A stretch of DNA of 64,000 bases from Phoronis australis (Eukaryota > Animalia > Phoronida). Made by a program: the position numbers and the translations under genes. Below the pieces are notes generated by a model, which did no database searches, had not been told where the DNA came from, and worked only from the letters and a program-made list of their open reading frames with translations. The stretch is from positions 1,125,704 to 1,189,703 of the forward strand of contig NMRA01000066.1 in NCBI GenBank assembly GCA_002633005.1. Direction: 5' to 3'. Positions 1-11,653 of this stretch are shown one piece after another; position 1 is the first letter of the stretch; every line of letters starts with the position of its first letter.

Positions 1-2639
1 GAAAACTAAAATGCCTCATCACCTAGTCGGCGCGTCAAGTAATCACTAACTGGAATACTCTAAATACCAGTTTGCTTATAGGTGAAATATAAGGTAAAGC
101 TAGGCATCTCGATAATATCGACAATTCACGTGGCGCAGCTGGAAAATAATGATGCCCTGCCAATTAGAGGATAGACACGAAATTTGTAGCAAACATCCAT
201 GAAAAATTTTTCCTTTCGGAGGGTCTTGCTCTAGGAACATCACCCTCTTGTATAAGATTATTCAACCCACGTCTAGGCATTGTTGTAGGAAAAGGCACCA
301 TATCGTAAGGAAGTATGGTCACAAAAAGGTCACCCCTCTAAGCGGCACAACCTCTTCTATAAGAAGATCCTCGGGGTCTAGCGAGAAGTTTTTTAAAGAT
401 ATTCTTTCCGTTACATTCACTGATTTAGAATACAGGACTATTTTCGTTAGTCGAAAGGTATCACAGAAATACAAACTGTTCGTAACTTTCGGGCATGTTT
501 ATGTTTGTCTTATTTTACTATATTTTAAGTTTTTTTAAAAGTGGGCGGGGTTATCGCGGAAATCTCATTGGACACGAAGGCAGGTATGTGAGTACTCATA
601 AGGCGTGAGTCAGCTGTCACTCACTACGGCGGCCATTTTATGTGGTGGTGCACCACCTCAACATAATTTAAACTGAAATATTCTTATCAATTAGTCAATT
701 AAATTTGAAAATATATTTGGAGATTTAACGAATAAGCATTATCACTAACTTGCGTTAAAATCTGTTTTATAGTGTATGAAGCGGAAAAGTATCTTTAATG
801 CGTTCGGTAACGCGTCTAGTGTAGCATACATGTACATAGAAAAGGCTTTGTAAAAACAATAACTTTTTCGTACACGTTCCCAATGTGAAATATTCGAAAG
901 AATGCGATCCATTACACGCCAGCGTGAAATTAAAAAGAAAAACCGAAATGCTTGAAATAGACTGAGCTTATCCGAGACTTCAACGCGCAGTCGCAAATCA
1001 ATGGCAACACGTTGCAAACTGACATGAAGGGTTCCCTGAGAGCTCTTAGTGACATACTCTCCAGGGAATGGGGATTGTCTTGTCAGCTTACGCACAAGCG
1101 TGTATGATTAAAAGGATCAGGATCGGATCGGGTGTTCTCGAAGATATTCTAACAAGTCAACAAATAAAAATGCTCTAATCATTTTTGGTAGGAATTCCGT
1201 CTTCGATTACCGGAGTTGGCAGGTTGGAATGTATTATCGCCCGTGTTAGGTAAGTCCTTGGGCAGAACCTATATATGCGTTCCTTGTTAAGTCGATAAAT
1301 GGCACTGTGAGGGTTCCATTTAATGTCGATTCCTAGCATTTATCTACCGATATAATTTATTAATTAAAATTGCTATCGAAGAACTCTGTTTGTCCTGTGA
1401 ATACACACGGCTCACCATGCAGATTTTATTGTGCGTGTCAAATGATAACGCTAATGAATATGCTAATCTACTTTTAATGTGCACTTCACACAAACTTTTA
1501 AAGTGTTCGAGCATCCGAGCACAAAACTGTTGTATGTTCTCCATGTTGCAGTAGATGGCTTTGAGGCCTTATGTTTTTTACCTGTTGATGTGTATTTTAC
1601 CATTTTTTGGCGGTTTCCGTATGAATTAATGATTTATGTCACCCTGAATGTATGCTGAGACATAAACTAAATGTAGCGCATCTAATCAGCTGTATTGTTG
1701 CTGTAGAAAGTCAGCACGGGTTGCTTTCTTTTTCACCAGTCCTTTCTCTATCAATAGGCTTATTAATTCTATCACATGGGATATAGTTACTAAGTCTGTC
1801 GATAGAAATAGTAAGTCTATCTATACAGTAAGTTATCTCTATCTATAGAATTACTCTCACCATCCATAGATTTAGTACCGCCATCCATAGATGCTCTTAT
1901 TGGTGACGATGCGCCTATCCGAAACAATGCGTTTATTAAAGAAAATTGTTTACTCAGGTGTTTTTAATAAATAGACAGATGCCACTAAGTTTTATTTACA
2001 AGAACAGGTGGGTGTCCTTTACGCAGGCGCTCACATTGATGTGCATACAGGCACATGTATTGTCCACGACAAAAGCGCAAATCTTGCCCATGCGTGCGTG
2101 TGAAACACTTTCACGAGACTTACGGGTTTGACAGCGTATTTCCTAAATAACAACTCGGATAAAATCACGCTCTGTTAGGCTCACTTGTGAATTTTTATGC
2201 TGCTGTTCGTTTCAGTCACTTACGATTGCAATGTTTCATATTCGCAAAGGATGAAAAAGAACATTAATAATTGAACCTAACGTGAATAGTGCATAACGTT
2301 CAGAAGAAAGAAATGTTTTGATTAAACTCACCAGTGATAATGCCTACAGTTTTCAACTGAAAAACAAAAAAGGTTTAAAATTAAGTTGCCAACTAAGTAT
2401 ATGTATATACAATACGTCTAGGTATATTATGCGACTCATGTTATTCATAAGTTTCTTCACTACATACGACGAGTCAAATAGCTGAGAATATTAAAATCAG
2501 TGGGGTGCACCTATATCCCAACCGAGCGTCATCCTCAAGCTTGGTTTTATTACATACTTCGCTCATAGACGCGTGCGCTTCGAATATAGGCGCAATGACC
2601 TAAATGAACGCATAGAGTAATATCTTTATTGATAGCCTT

Positions 2640-2830
2640 TCTAACTTTATTCGTAGAGTTACTGAACCTTTCGACAGATTTAGGACTGGAGAAAAAATAA
2701 TCCCGTATTGCCCTCTTACTGCCTTCTACGGTACGTAGTTCTGGAAAACTGTTCCACGACAATAATCAACAGTGCCGAATAAATAGCGAACACTTAGGGA
2801 TCCGTATTTCAAACATCTTGCTCTCAAAGA
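2640..2830 (-). mobile_element. Degraded 3' end of a CR1/L2-like LINE ORF2
   Basis: Minus strand reads (with frameshift) RARCLKYGSLSVRY...SWNSFPELRTVEGSKRAIRDY, resembling the 'R..YG..SF.Y....WNSLP' C-terminus of CR1/L2 reverse transcriptases. Confidence 0.4.
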
Positions 2831-2974
2831 CTTGACTGACCCAAGGTGAATAAGATGCTACAAGCTACACTGTATGAACTGAGAAAAAGTTAACGAAGAC
2901 TATGTAATTCAGGTTGTTCTACGGGTACCTGTTACAAAAGCACAGTCTGCCCTGGCAATAGACAGTGGCCACTG

Positions 2975-3516
2975 TCTAGCTGGTAGATGGTGTAGCTCCT
3001 ATAGGAGCTTCATACACCGGAAGCTTTTCGGCAAATTATGCCTCACACTGATTATAATATCAAATTCACTTTGTTATACATGTAAGTACCTGCTGCGCAT
3101 AGAGGGACACCTTAGGAGGCCATTTATGTCTTAACTCCTTATATCTCGAACAAATACTCCCTTTATCAAACTTTTTGTTCAAGCAGTCCTTCGTTCATTT
3201 CCCATTCTCGGAAACTGCGCGAGGCAGGTGGTATGACGCCATATTCCCTGGAGTACGCAGTGTAAACTGGCCAGTTACCGATTTTGGGAACTGATCGAGG
3301 GACTGCTAGAAGAAAAAGTTTGATAACGAGAGCATTTGTTCGAGTTGGAAGCAGTTAAAGACATTGAATGCCTCCTAATGTGTCTCTCTGTGCCCAAAAG
3401 GTATTTATAACAACGTGACTTTCACGATTTAGTTGGTGTGAGGCATAATTCGCCGAGAAGCTTCCGGCGTGTGAAGCTCCTATAAGAGCTACACCGTCTC
3501 TACTGAGCCAGCTAGA
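2975..3516. mobile_element. Palindromic (foldback) MITE, ~540 bp
   Basis: Long imperfect inverted arms: gatggtgtagctcctataggagcttcatacaccggaagcttttcggcaaattatgcctcacac ... gtgtgaggcataattcgccgagaagcttccggcgtgtgaagctcctataagagctacaccgtc; second copy at ~60500-60953. Confidence 0.8.
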
Positions 3517-5408
3517 GACGATGGTCACTGTTTACCATTGGAAATGTTTTTTTCCAAATTAAAGTTTGGTCGAATTTACAATCAAAAGTTTGCCAGTGTA
3601 GAGGGGTTTCCAAGCGTGACCAAAGAGTTTGCCAGATTGTTTGATTGCTAGCAAATATTTGGCATAGTTACTGACGACTGGATGTCAAACTTACCAAATA
3701 TCAGCAAAGTCCGAGCTCGGTCGTGTTTTCAAGTAACGTTGCAAATTTGGTGAACCACGTGTCTATTGATTTGCATCCGAGTTATGATCGAATGGCTTCA
3801 CTGCAAAATCTCCTAAAAATTTGGCCGAAAAATTGTCCAAAATTTCCTGGGGCTTCTAATTTTTTGTGAACCCCGGCACTATTTCAAACTATTGTCAGAA
3901 GGTAAGCGACGCTACAGAGCTCGAAAACGGTAAACCATTGATTTTTGTGACAAAGAGGGATAATAAAATTCAACATGCTGCTGTAGCATTAAATTTTGTC
4001 ATCAAATCATTTTTCAACGTTGGAAAATTATCCCGCATATCGCGCAAGTAACCTGTGAAATTGTCTGTTCAAAGATGCGTTTAATAGATGCAGATGCAGA
4101 GGTCTACTAAAAAACATAGGGCACATAATGCTGTTAGTACTTTGAAAATTCGGCTGGAGCTTTCGATTCACTTGGCTTGTTCACGACTTTGTAGAATAAT
4201 AAACAAAATATAAACATCATGAATTTCTTCCCAATGTAAGAGGTACAACGCCAATGGATCCAACTCAGAGATTTTTCAAAACATGTGCTATCACAAATGT
4301 GTTGACTGAAAACGAAAATTGACGTCTGGATAGAAAGATCAATTGGTTTAGATGGGAGTTTAAGTAGCCGAAATTGTCAAGTGGATGAACCCAACACTGA
4401 ACCGAAACGGCGACGTTCAGTTCATCTTATTTACAGTATGAATCCTTACAAGATGCAAACTAAAACGCAATGATGACGTCAGCAATATCACCACTTGTAC
4501 GTAACGTCAATAATTAATCAACGGTTGTTTGCTAGAAACGATTCCTAGTTTTAACTTATAGGTATTATTAGTATTCCACGGTTTTAAAGTTGAAGAATTT
4601 CTACCATGTTTACTACGGAAATAAACACAGTTGATATATCTTCAGCAATACCTGCTTGATGACTTTGAATAAAATCACTGAATCCAGACTCTTGTAAGTA
4701 CGTTAGCTTCATTTCATTAGAAGCTACGTTAGCTTCAGTCACATTTGTCGCACAGGAAGAATACATTTTATTTCAATAACTTTCAATCGACCTAGTTACT
4801 GTTGGTGATTTATTGTAATCGTAAAATCTGTAGAAACTGCCTTTGCAAACCTTTATTTGTAGATTGATGAAGGGCTGTATGCAAGCACTTCCCTGTGTGA
4901 TATTAAATCAGTGGTCGGAAGAATGATAATTTTTATAGCAGCTGTGTGTGATATCTATAGATTTGTCAATGAATGCAGGCGCGTGCTATAGGCTAGTTGT
5001 AACAGTGATCACTAACCCACCAGTTTATATCACTTTCATTATTATTGGAGTTTCCACCTCTGCCTTTACTACCACTGAACATGTAAAAGAAACAGGCTTC
5101 GTGAAACACCTACCCCAAAAGACACTACTAACACAGACAGTTCACGAAAATGCGAAAATACCAGAAAATAGGAATAAGAAGAGAAAATTAGCAGCGAGAA
5201 AAAAGCACTACTCAAGCTGTAAACCTGTAGTGAAATAAAATCTATATACTTTCTAGTTATGTATTTCTTTATAGCTGTCATTTTAATCATTAATATTTTA
5301 TACCTCTTGGCCGTCTGCTTTGCTGTTACGCTCTGAACGACCGCCAAAGATGCAGAGAGTTTGACAGACTAACATGGAAAATTATTACGAACTTAGGAAA
5401 CTTTCTAT

Positions 5409-5420
5409 TCACACGCACGT

Positions 5421-5473
<53 letters not shown>

Positions 5474-5550
5474 AACACAAATATATGTATGTATGTATGT
5501 ATGTACATGTATGTATGTATGTATGTTTGTATGTATTTATTTGTTTATGT
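5409..5550. repeat. Compound microsatellite (CA)n + (TATG)n
   Basis: Direct inspection. Confidence 0.95.
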
Positions 5551-6595
5551 GCGTATATAGATATAGAACTTACTGCCAATTAGAATAATACATGACTGCG
5601 TCCACGCCACTTCATTCCACTAATTGGATCGTCAGATGACAGGAAGACATATCACAGGTAGACTAATTAAGCAACTTGAAAAACACAAATAGGTGAGCTT
5701 ATTTCTGTCTGGCGTTTGTCTATTGTGTACAGTTTGAATGAACTGAATTCGATTATAGGTCTGTAAATTAAAGTGGCGTATTATTTTTTTCTCAGAAAAA
5801 ACAAAATTCGTGTTAGTTGAATTTTCCGGAAGGAGCTAAATACTTCGTTGCTAACCCACGTTTTCAAAAACTCTTCAAAAATACCTATGTTGACCTTTTC
5901 AGAGTTTTAAAGCTTGAGTGGTTTGTTTTAATGTTGTTACGAGCCATAACAATTAAAGAGTTTCTGTAATACACAAAACGGCAGAAATATTCTCATTTTC
6001 ATAGCAAAAGTTCATTTTAACCTAAGTTTTCAAAAAAAAACTATACTTCATGAGATTTGAAAAAATTGTCGGATTTCCCAGTCAAACTAGATATAAATCC
6101 ATCGTGTTATCTTAAAACTGAAACGTGTCCGACGAAGCAAGATGGAGTTTTCTATCAGTTGTGACTACATGTAATACTGTTTGAGCAGCCAAGGTGTGCG
6201 CTTGCTATGGAAAAATTTGCAGTATTACCTCGTATGGAATCTAATTTCATTGTATTTAAATTTACTTCATCTCATGTCCCGCTCGTAGAATTAGCCAAAT
6301 TTAAGTCAAATTTATGGAAATAAACATGGAGAATTTTCACGTTTATAAAATACAGTCGTTATAACAAAATACATGTTAAACAATTGTATCCTCAAATTGG
6401 TCATATGTGGATTCATTAGCTTCCTGTGACCTGAGGCTCCAATCTCTCATGTGCCAGTGCGGCTCCATTGTTAGAGCTGGCGGCGGTTGACTCGCGGTCT
6501 CATGTAGTCACAGTGTAAACAACTCGGCTCTAACATACTGTACAAAGCTTTAAACCTTGAATTTTCAAAGTTGCTAGTACTTCATTTCTTCACAA

Positions 6596-6768
6596 CCCCC
6601 GTCTACCCCTCTGTCCCTCACTCCGTCCTCTATCTTTCCCTCCTCTCCCTTCCCCTCCTTCTCCCACACGCCCCCTCTCTTTCCTCTTCTCCATACCCCT
6701 CTCCCGTCTTTCTCCCTCTCCCTCCCCCTCTCTCGCTTCCCCCCTTTCCCGCGCCCCCTCTCTCTCTG
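6596..6768. repeat. Low-complexity polypyrimidine (C/T) tract
   Basis: ~170 bp almost entirely C and T on the + strand. Confidence 0.9.
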
Positions 6769-7961
6769 CAGTTTCTGTGTGGAGTCTTTCTGGCATTTCA
6801 GTATGGAGTCAATGAGACTGAAATCCATGTACGTGTATACACATTTTTTTCGTAATTCTTCACCTTATTCCAGAAGCTTGACATTTCTGTGTAGGGCTCA
6901 TTAACATTATAATTGATTATTGAAGCGTACCGCAACTGTGCTGTATCAGGTCATTGGCCCGCGATTCTCATGCAATAACAAGAATATCATTCATGTTCCA
7001 CATGTGTTCCGTTTGTTGAAGTGCTTCATTTAAGTTGTGTAATATTCAAATGTAGCGTCATTACCTTCATAGCTACTAAAAAGTACTACACAGTGTTCCA
7101 TGGATATCACAGGAGTCTCATATGGAAACAAAATTGCGACAACTTGCATAAATTCTGTATTCCAAAATGTTCAAAGGTTACATCATTTGTGCTGCGTATC
7201 ACTACACGTGTACCACTACAGAAAGGGCAAAAACGTGGCAAATACGTAAAAACATATTAGATGCCAATACCATATTTCAAAATTTTCAGCTGAGGTCGAT
7301 GTTTTGGTCTGTTGAGGGCTTACTCAGAAAACAAGCAGCGTGTGGTTTTGTTACATGTATAAACAACAAATCTGAAATCAACAACTCTAAAAATAATACA
7401 CCAGATCAAGATCACACAAAAATCATTAATTCAACAGTAAGTCACATTAACTCTTTTAGTGCATTCGACTCCGCGAATTGATTTTTGTTGCAACTGACAA
7501 ATAGTAAACGTATCTGTGTGTTTGCTAAACGTGCGTTCTACAAATGGGTACATCGACAGGTGACTGAAGTGTATCAATGGATTGCATTTAATCTAAAACA
7601 TGCCCTTTCCGCTGTCTAATGTGATCTTTTGTACAGTGATCAATTTTCGATGTAGTAAAAGGTTAGCCCCTGAGGAAGGCATGAAACACCCGCTTCTTTG
7701 TGTACCGTAATAAATACGTCGTACTTTCTAACTACAACGAATGTTTTTAAATTGATTGCCACATTGAAATAGTTTTGCGTACATACGAAATATGTCAAAC
7801 GAAGTTGTTTGAACACCATGGCAGTTTTGTCTGTTTGACTAATTTTATACAAACTCGCTCAAATTCGTGGGGTATGATCAGTATCGAAATACGTCCCCAC
7901 TACTGTATTATAGTGTTGTCGCACGTAGTTGTAACACTATATAGTCTATTTGCCGGCACAA

Positions 7962-10450
7962 TAGCCCCATGACGAACCCTGCAATGGGCACTACTGCAAC
8001 TTTTTTTTGAAATATCTGAAATATAATGAGGAGAACAAAATGATCTTGGTTGCTCTTTGGTGTAACCTCGAGCATTTTTTTTGCAATCCAAGATGGCGGA
8101 TGTCGCCATTTTGAATTTCGGCCATGATTTCCTGTAATACGAAGTCCATTTCTAATATTATTTTATTAATTCAAGAGACTATAGTGTGCCAAAAATATTT
8201 TCCCATAAGTTTCAAGGGTTGTATTGGCACAAGGCATCTGGCGTAGAACTGTTCACTAACAGTTCAGCGTTAGCTGAATGTCTCCAGTATAACCAACGGA
8301 AAGCTTGCGCCATTTCTCTGTGGACATACAGTGTCATCACAACCGTGTTGCTACTCAATTTATGCTGAATTGAGGCCAAGACTGATGAAGAACTCATGGT
8401 TTACCTGGAGGTGGTTAAGAATCACCCGACCGGGAGGTATGAGTAGGTTGCCTTTTTAAGTCAACGCTGCTGTCTCTCATGTTTCTGTCTTCTTCCTTCA
8501 ACGGCCCTGTCCCAAGGACATATTGGCGTATTTCTTCGCAGCCTATAGCCACAACTGTGCTCGGTACATGCGCTGGTGTAACAATTTTCAAAATAATGCC
8601 AACAACGTTAAAAGTGTTTTCGATTAAAATTCTGTAACGCCTCGCCAGGTGTCGCTCCGTTGAAGTTGCCGTAATCTTGGCAATTAACTGCGTAAATCCA
8701 TTCATAAATAAACCAGTTGCGGATTTAGAGGGGGCCAAGGGGGCCATGGCTCCCTAACATTCTGCATTCTCCATTTGGCAGGTCGGGGGTGCGAATGTCT
8801 GACGGGCAAAATCCTGGCTAATACATGTACTATGCTTTGGCCCCCCCTAACTCAAAATCCTGGATCCTCCCCTGTAAACAATTAGCCGCTTGACGCATTA
8901 AATCCAATTTATACTCTAACAAAAGCTCTACAAAAACGTTATTTTATTGCCTATGCAAATTCGTCTAAAGTGCCAAATAATTCTGACAATAAGTTTTATG
9001 ACAAGTTTTGCAGAATCTGGCAGTGTTCCATCGAGTATATTTTGAAATTTACTGCGTATTGGCACTCACCCTAGAATGCCAAGAAATATCTATTCAAACT
9101 TGCGGACGTCGATCGACACTTGGATGGCAATACCGCAATACCAGCAGGCCACTTCGAAGAAGAGACATCTATCAAACGGATAAAAGGATCAGGGAACTGT
9201 ATAAAGGGTATTTTAACAATAGCTAATCTAGCGGCCGTGTGAATGAAGTGTTTGAGTGGGTGTGCCCAGCTTGACACAGCCGTAAAGAACATTTAGAATG
9301 AAGGTTGCGAAGAGTAAAAGTCATGTAGTGAAGTAGACAGGCAAAAGACTACGAACAAGAAGGAAGGGGAGAAAAAAGGGAAAGTGGACGAGGACGCCTG
9401 GAAAAAAAACAGCGGAAGAACCGGAGAGGCACAGGCATCTTATTACTGACTAGCAAACATGTCTTCATAAAGTCTGCAATGGCCAAGTAGCTACACTGTA
9501 CATGTACAGACATCGTGATTGTTCAGAACGAATTGGATGTTGGGAAAGAACAAAGCAGTCATCTTTTAGTTTTGCAATGAGTGTTACGAAGCAGTTAAGC
9601 AACAGTCAAAAGAATGGAGTTACTAAAAGAAGTCTCTCCCTGTCAAGGAAAGGCCATCTTTGGCGTTGAGACACGGTTGAGTTGCCTGTTAGTCGTAGGG
9701 CAGCAACGTGATAATGACATAGCTGATGCCTTTTATTATGAGCTGGGACCCTGATCGACGAATACAGCAGCCTGAGAAAGGATGACAGAGTCATTTTGGT
9801 CAAATCTGTCTGTGTTCTTGTAACGAATCATTCTGCTCCAGACGTGATGTTGATTGATAACAGCATAGCCAGGTTCTGTACCGGGTCATCTGAACTATCC
9901 CTGGAACTACAGCTGGTTAAGCTGCAAGCTTGTGTACGTGACTGGAACCCTATCCTCCCATATAAGCCTACATTGTACTTACTCCAAACACTCATTCTTT
10001 GTCAAAAAGTTTTCTCAACAACTTAAAAAACAAAGCTCTGTTCAACAGCTTTTTATCTGTAGCTCTCTCCTTCCAATCAATATCGAGCTGGCGAAGAACA
10101 ACTACTGTGTAGTTACTCATGCTGAAGCAGATGTCACACGCTGAAAGCAGTAGAAGGCGCCCACATCACCAGAACAGCTCTTTGACAACGCTGACGTCTC
10201 CGTGCTCTTATTTCATGGGACATCACAGATGCCAGTTGACGCCAAGATTTAAATGGAGGAATGAAACGGTAGTATTCGAAAACAACGGTACAGTTCAGAG
10301 ACTAGGCTCCAAGTATAGCCACTTCTCGAAATTCATACAATGTCAGGTTGAATGCTACACAGTGTTATATCCCTTAGAAAAGGAAAAGATGGCGGCCCTC
10401 CTATTCGGACTATCCAGAACTCGACCAGGTATTGGGAATGTCTTGTGCTT
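7962..10450 (+). mobile_element. Degraded Academ-like DNA transposon (transposase plus XPG/PIN-like nuclease remnants)
   Basis: Fragments in colinear order across stops/frameshifts: ILAYFFAAYSHNCARY (~8520), CNGQVA (~9475), LLVVGQQRDNDIADAFYYELGP..LIDEYSSLRKDDRVILVK..APDVMLID (~9685-9860), THAEADVT (~10115), DNADVSVLL (~10185), HTMSG..TVLYPLEKEKMAAL (~10335-10400). Putative left end tagcccc at 7962 followed by caagatggcg..gccattttgaa subterminal motifs. Confidence 0.7.
8714..8874. mobile_element. MITE with 5-bp TSD (hAT5-like) nested in the Academ-like relic
   Basis: Termini cagttgcggat ... ggatcctcccctg; TAAAC directly flanks both ends (8709-8713, 8875-8879). Confidence 0.8.
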
Positions 10451-11530
10451 GTAATTTTAGTATCCGGCGAAAACACATGATGATGATTTTCTATGCATTG
10501 AAGCGGATACCAAGTGCTTATTCTAATGCCTATTTCAGTAATATAATCAATGGTCATGATGTCATTAATCGTCATTAGAGACATCCATTAGACACAGAAT
10601 CAGACACAGACCCGAACTCCTTCTGCCTTTCATCTTTTCTAGGAAACAATCCAATCCAATTAATTCAAACTAGACTGCTGCTGGATTCTATCACAAGCAA
10701 ATGCATTTTGACCTGCTTCAGTTAATTTAGATTATTTTATGATGAAAAGAAATGTGACTTCAAACAGCATTAAAACTTACAAGGGATTACACCAACTTGC
10801 ATAGAACGCGAAAAACAGAAGAAAGGTTAAAAAGATTTGGTACGTAACTCTAAAGACAATAAAAAATTAGAACGAATTACAATACCCAGCTTAAAGGAGT
10901 TAACAACACTGTTTTCCATGTTACATTTAGTAAAAATTTAGATCCCTGTTTTAAGCCAGGCTGTTTACGTCACTTTCTATTGGTCCACGGATAGTAAAAA
11001 CACGTCAAGAGAACAGTCTCTCCAAGATGACCAGGGGCTTGTACTTTTATTAAAGGTAATGTCTCGAACAGTTGCAATCCCCTTTGTCAGAATAAATATT
11101 GCTTGTGTAACTAGCACAGATAGATCCATTATAAGTTTCCCAAAATTTGTGCATATGTACTTTTAAATCATGGGATTAAACTTGTTGACATGTATTTTAA
11201 CGTCAAAATCTATTTTGAGATGGTGCTTACAATTTGGTTCTGGGGTCAAAGCACTCCAGATATTCTAGAAAGTTCTGAAAGCAAATCGTAACATCCAATA
11301 ATATGATTAAATAAGATCATGTGGTTTTTATTAGCCAATTGCTAAATAAGCAGAGTATTATAATTTGGGCTGAAATTAACAGCTACATGTATAGTAATAG
11401 AAGTTAAAAGACTTGCTACAGTGTACAGAGGAAATTTTACAACAGAGCCATCTCGTGGAAGATTTTAAAGATGATCTTGGCAAGGACAAGAGATAATGAA
11501 CAGGAAGTTAAGTAAGAGCTCGTCACTTGC

Positions 11531-11653
11531 ATCGTGGGTAGTAAGATACTGCCTATGCGTGTTACGTCACCAGAGACCGTGACCAGCAAGAAGATTCGTG
11601 GGTAGAAGACACTGCCTGCAAGTGTTGCGTCAGCAGAGACTGTGACCAGCAAG
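11531..11653. repeat. Two-copy ~60-bp tandem duplication
   Basis: tcgtgggtag..aagatactgcct..gtgttacgtcaccagagaccgtgaccagcaag repeated as tcgtgggtagaagacactgcctgcaagtgttgcgtcagcagagactgtgaccagcaag. Confidence 0.8.

Noticed and set aside
3214-3262. Apparent inversion of the central loop relative to the copy at ~60730-60776 (invertible switch?)
   Set aside because: The element is palindromic, so opposite loop orientation simply reflects opposite insertion orientation plus independent arm deletions
6571-6855. Pro/Leu/Ser-rich and Arg/Gly/Glu-rich ORFs
   Set aside because: By-products of the polypyrimidine tract
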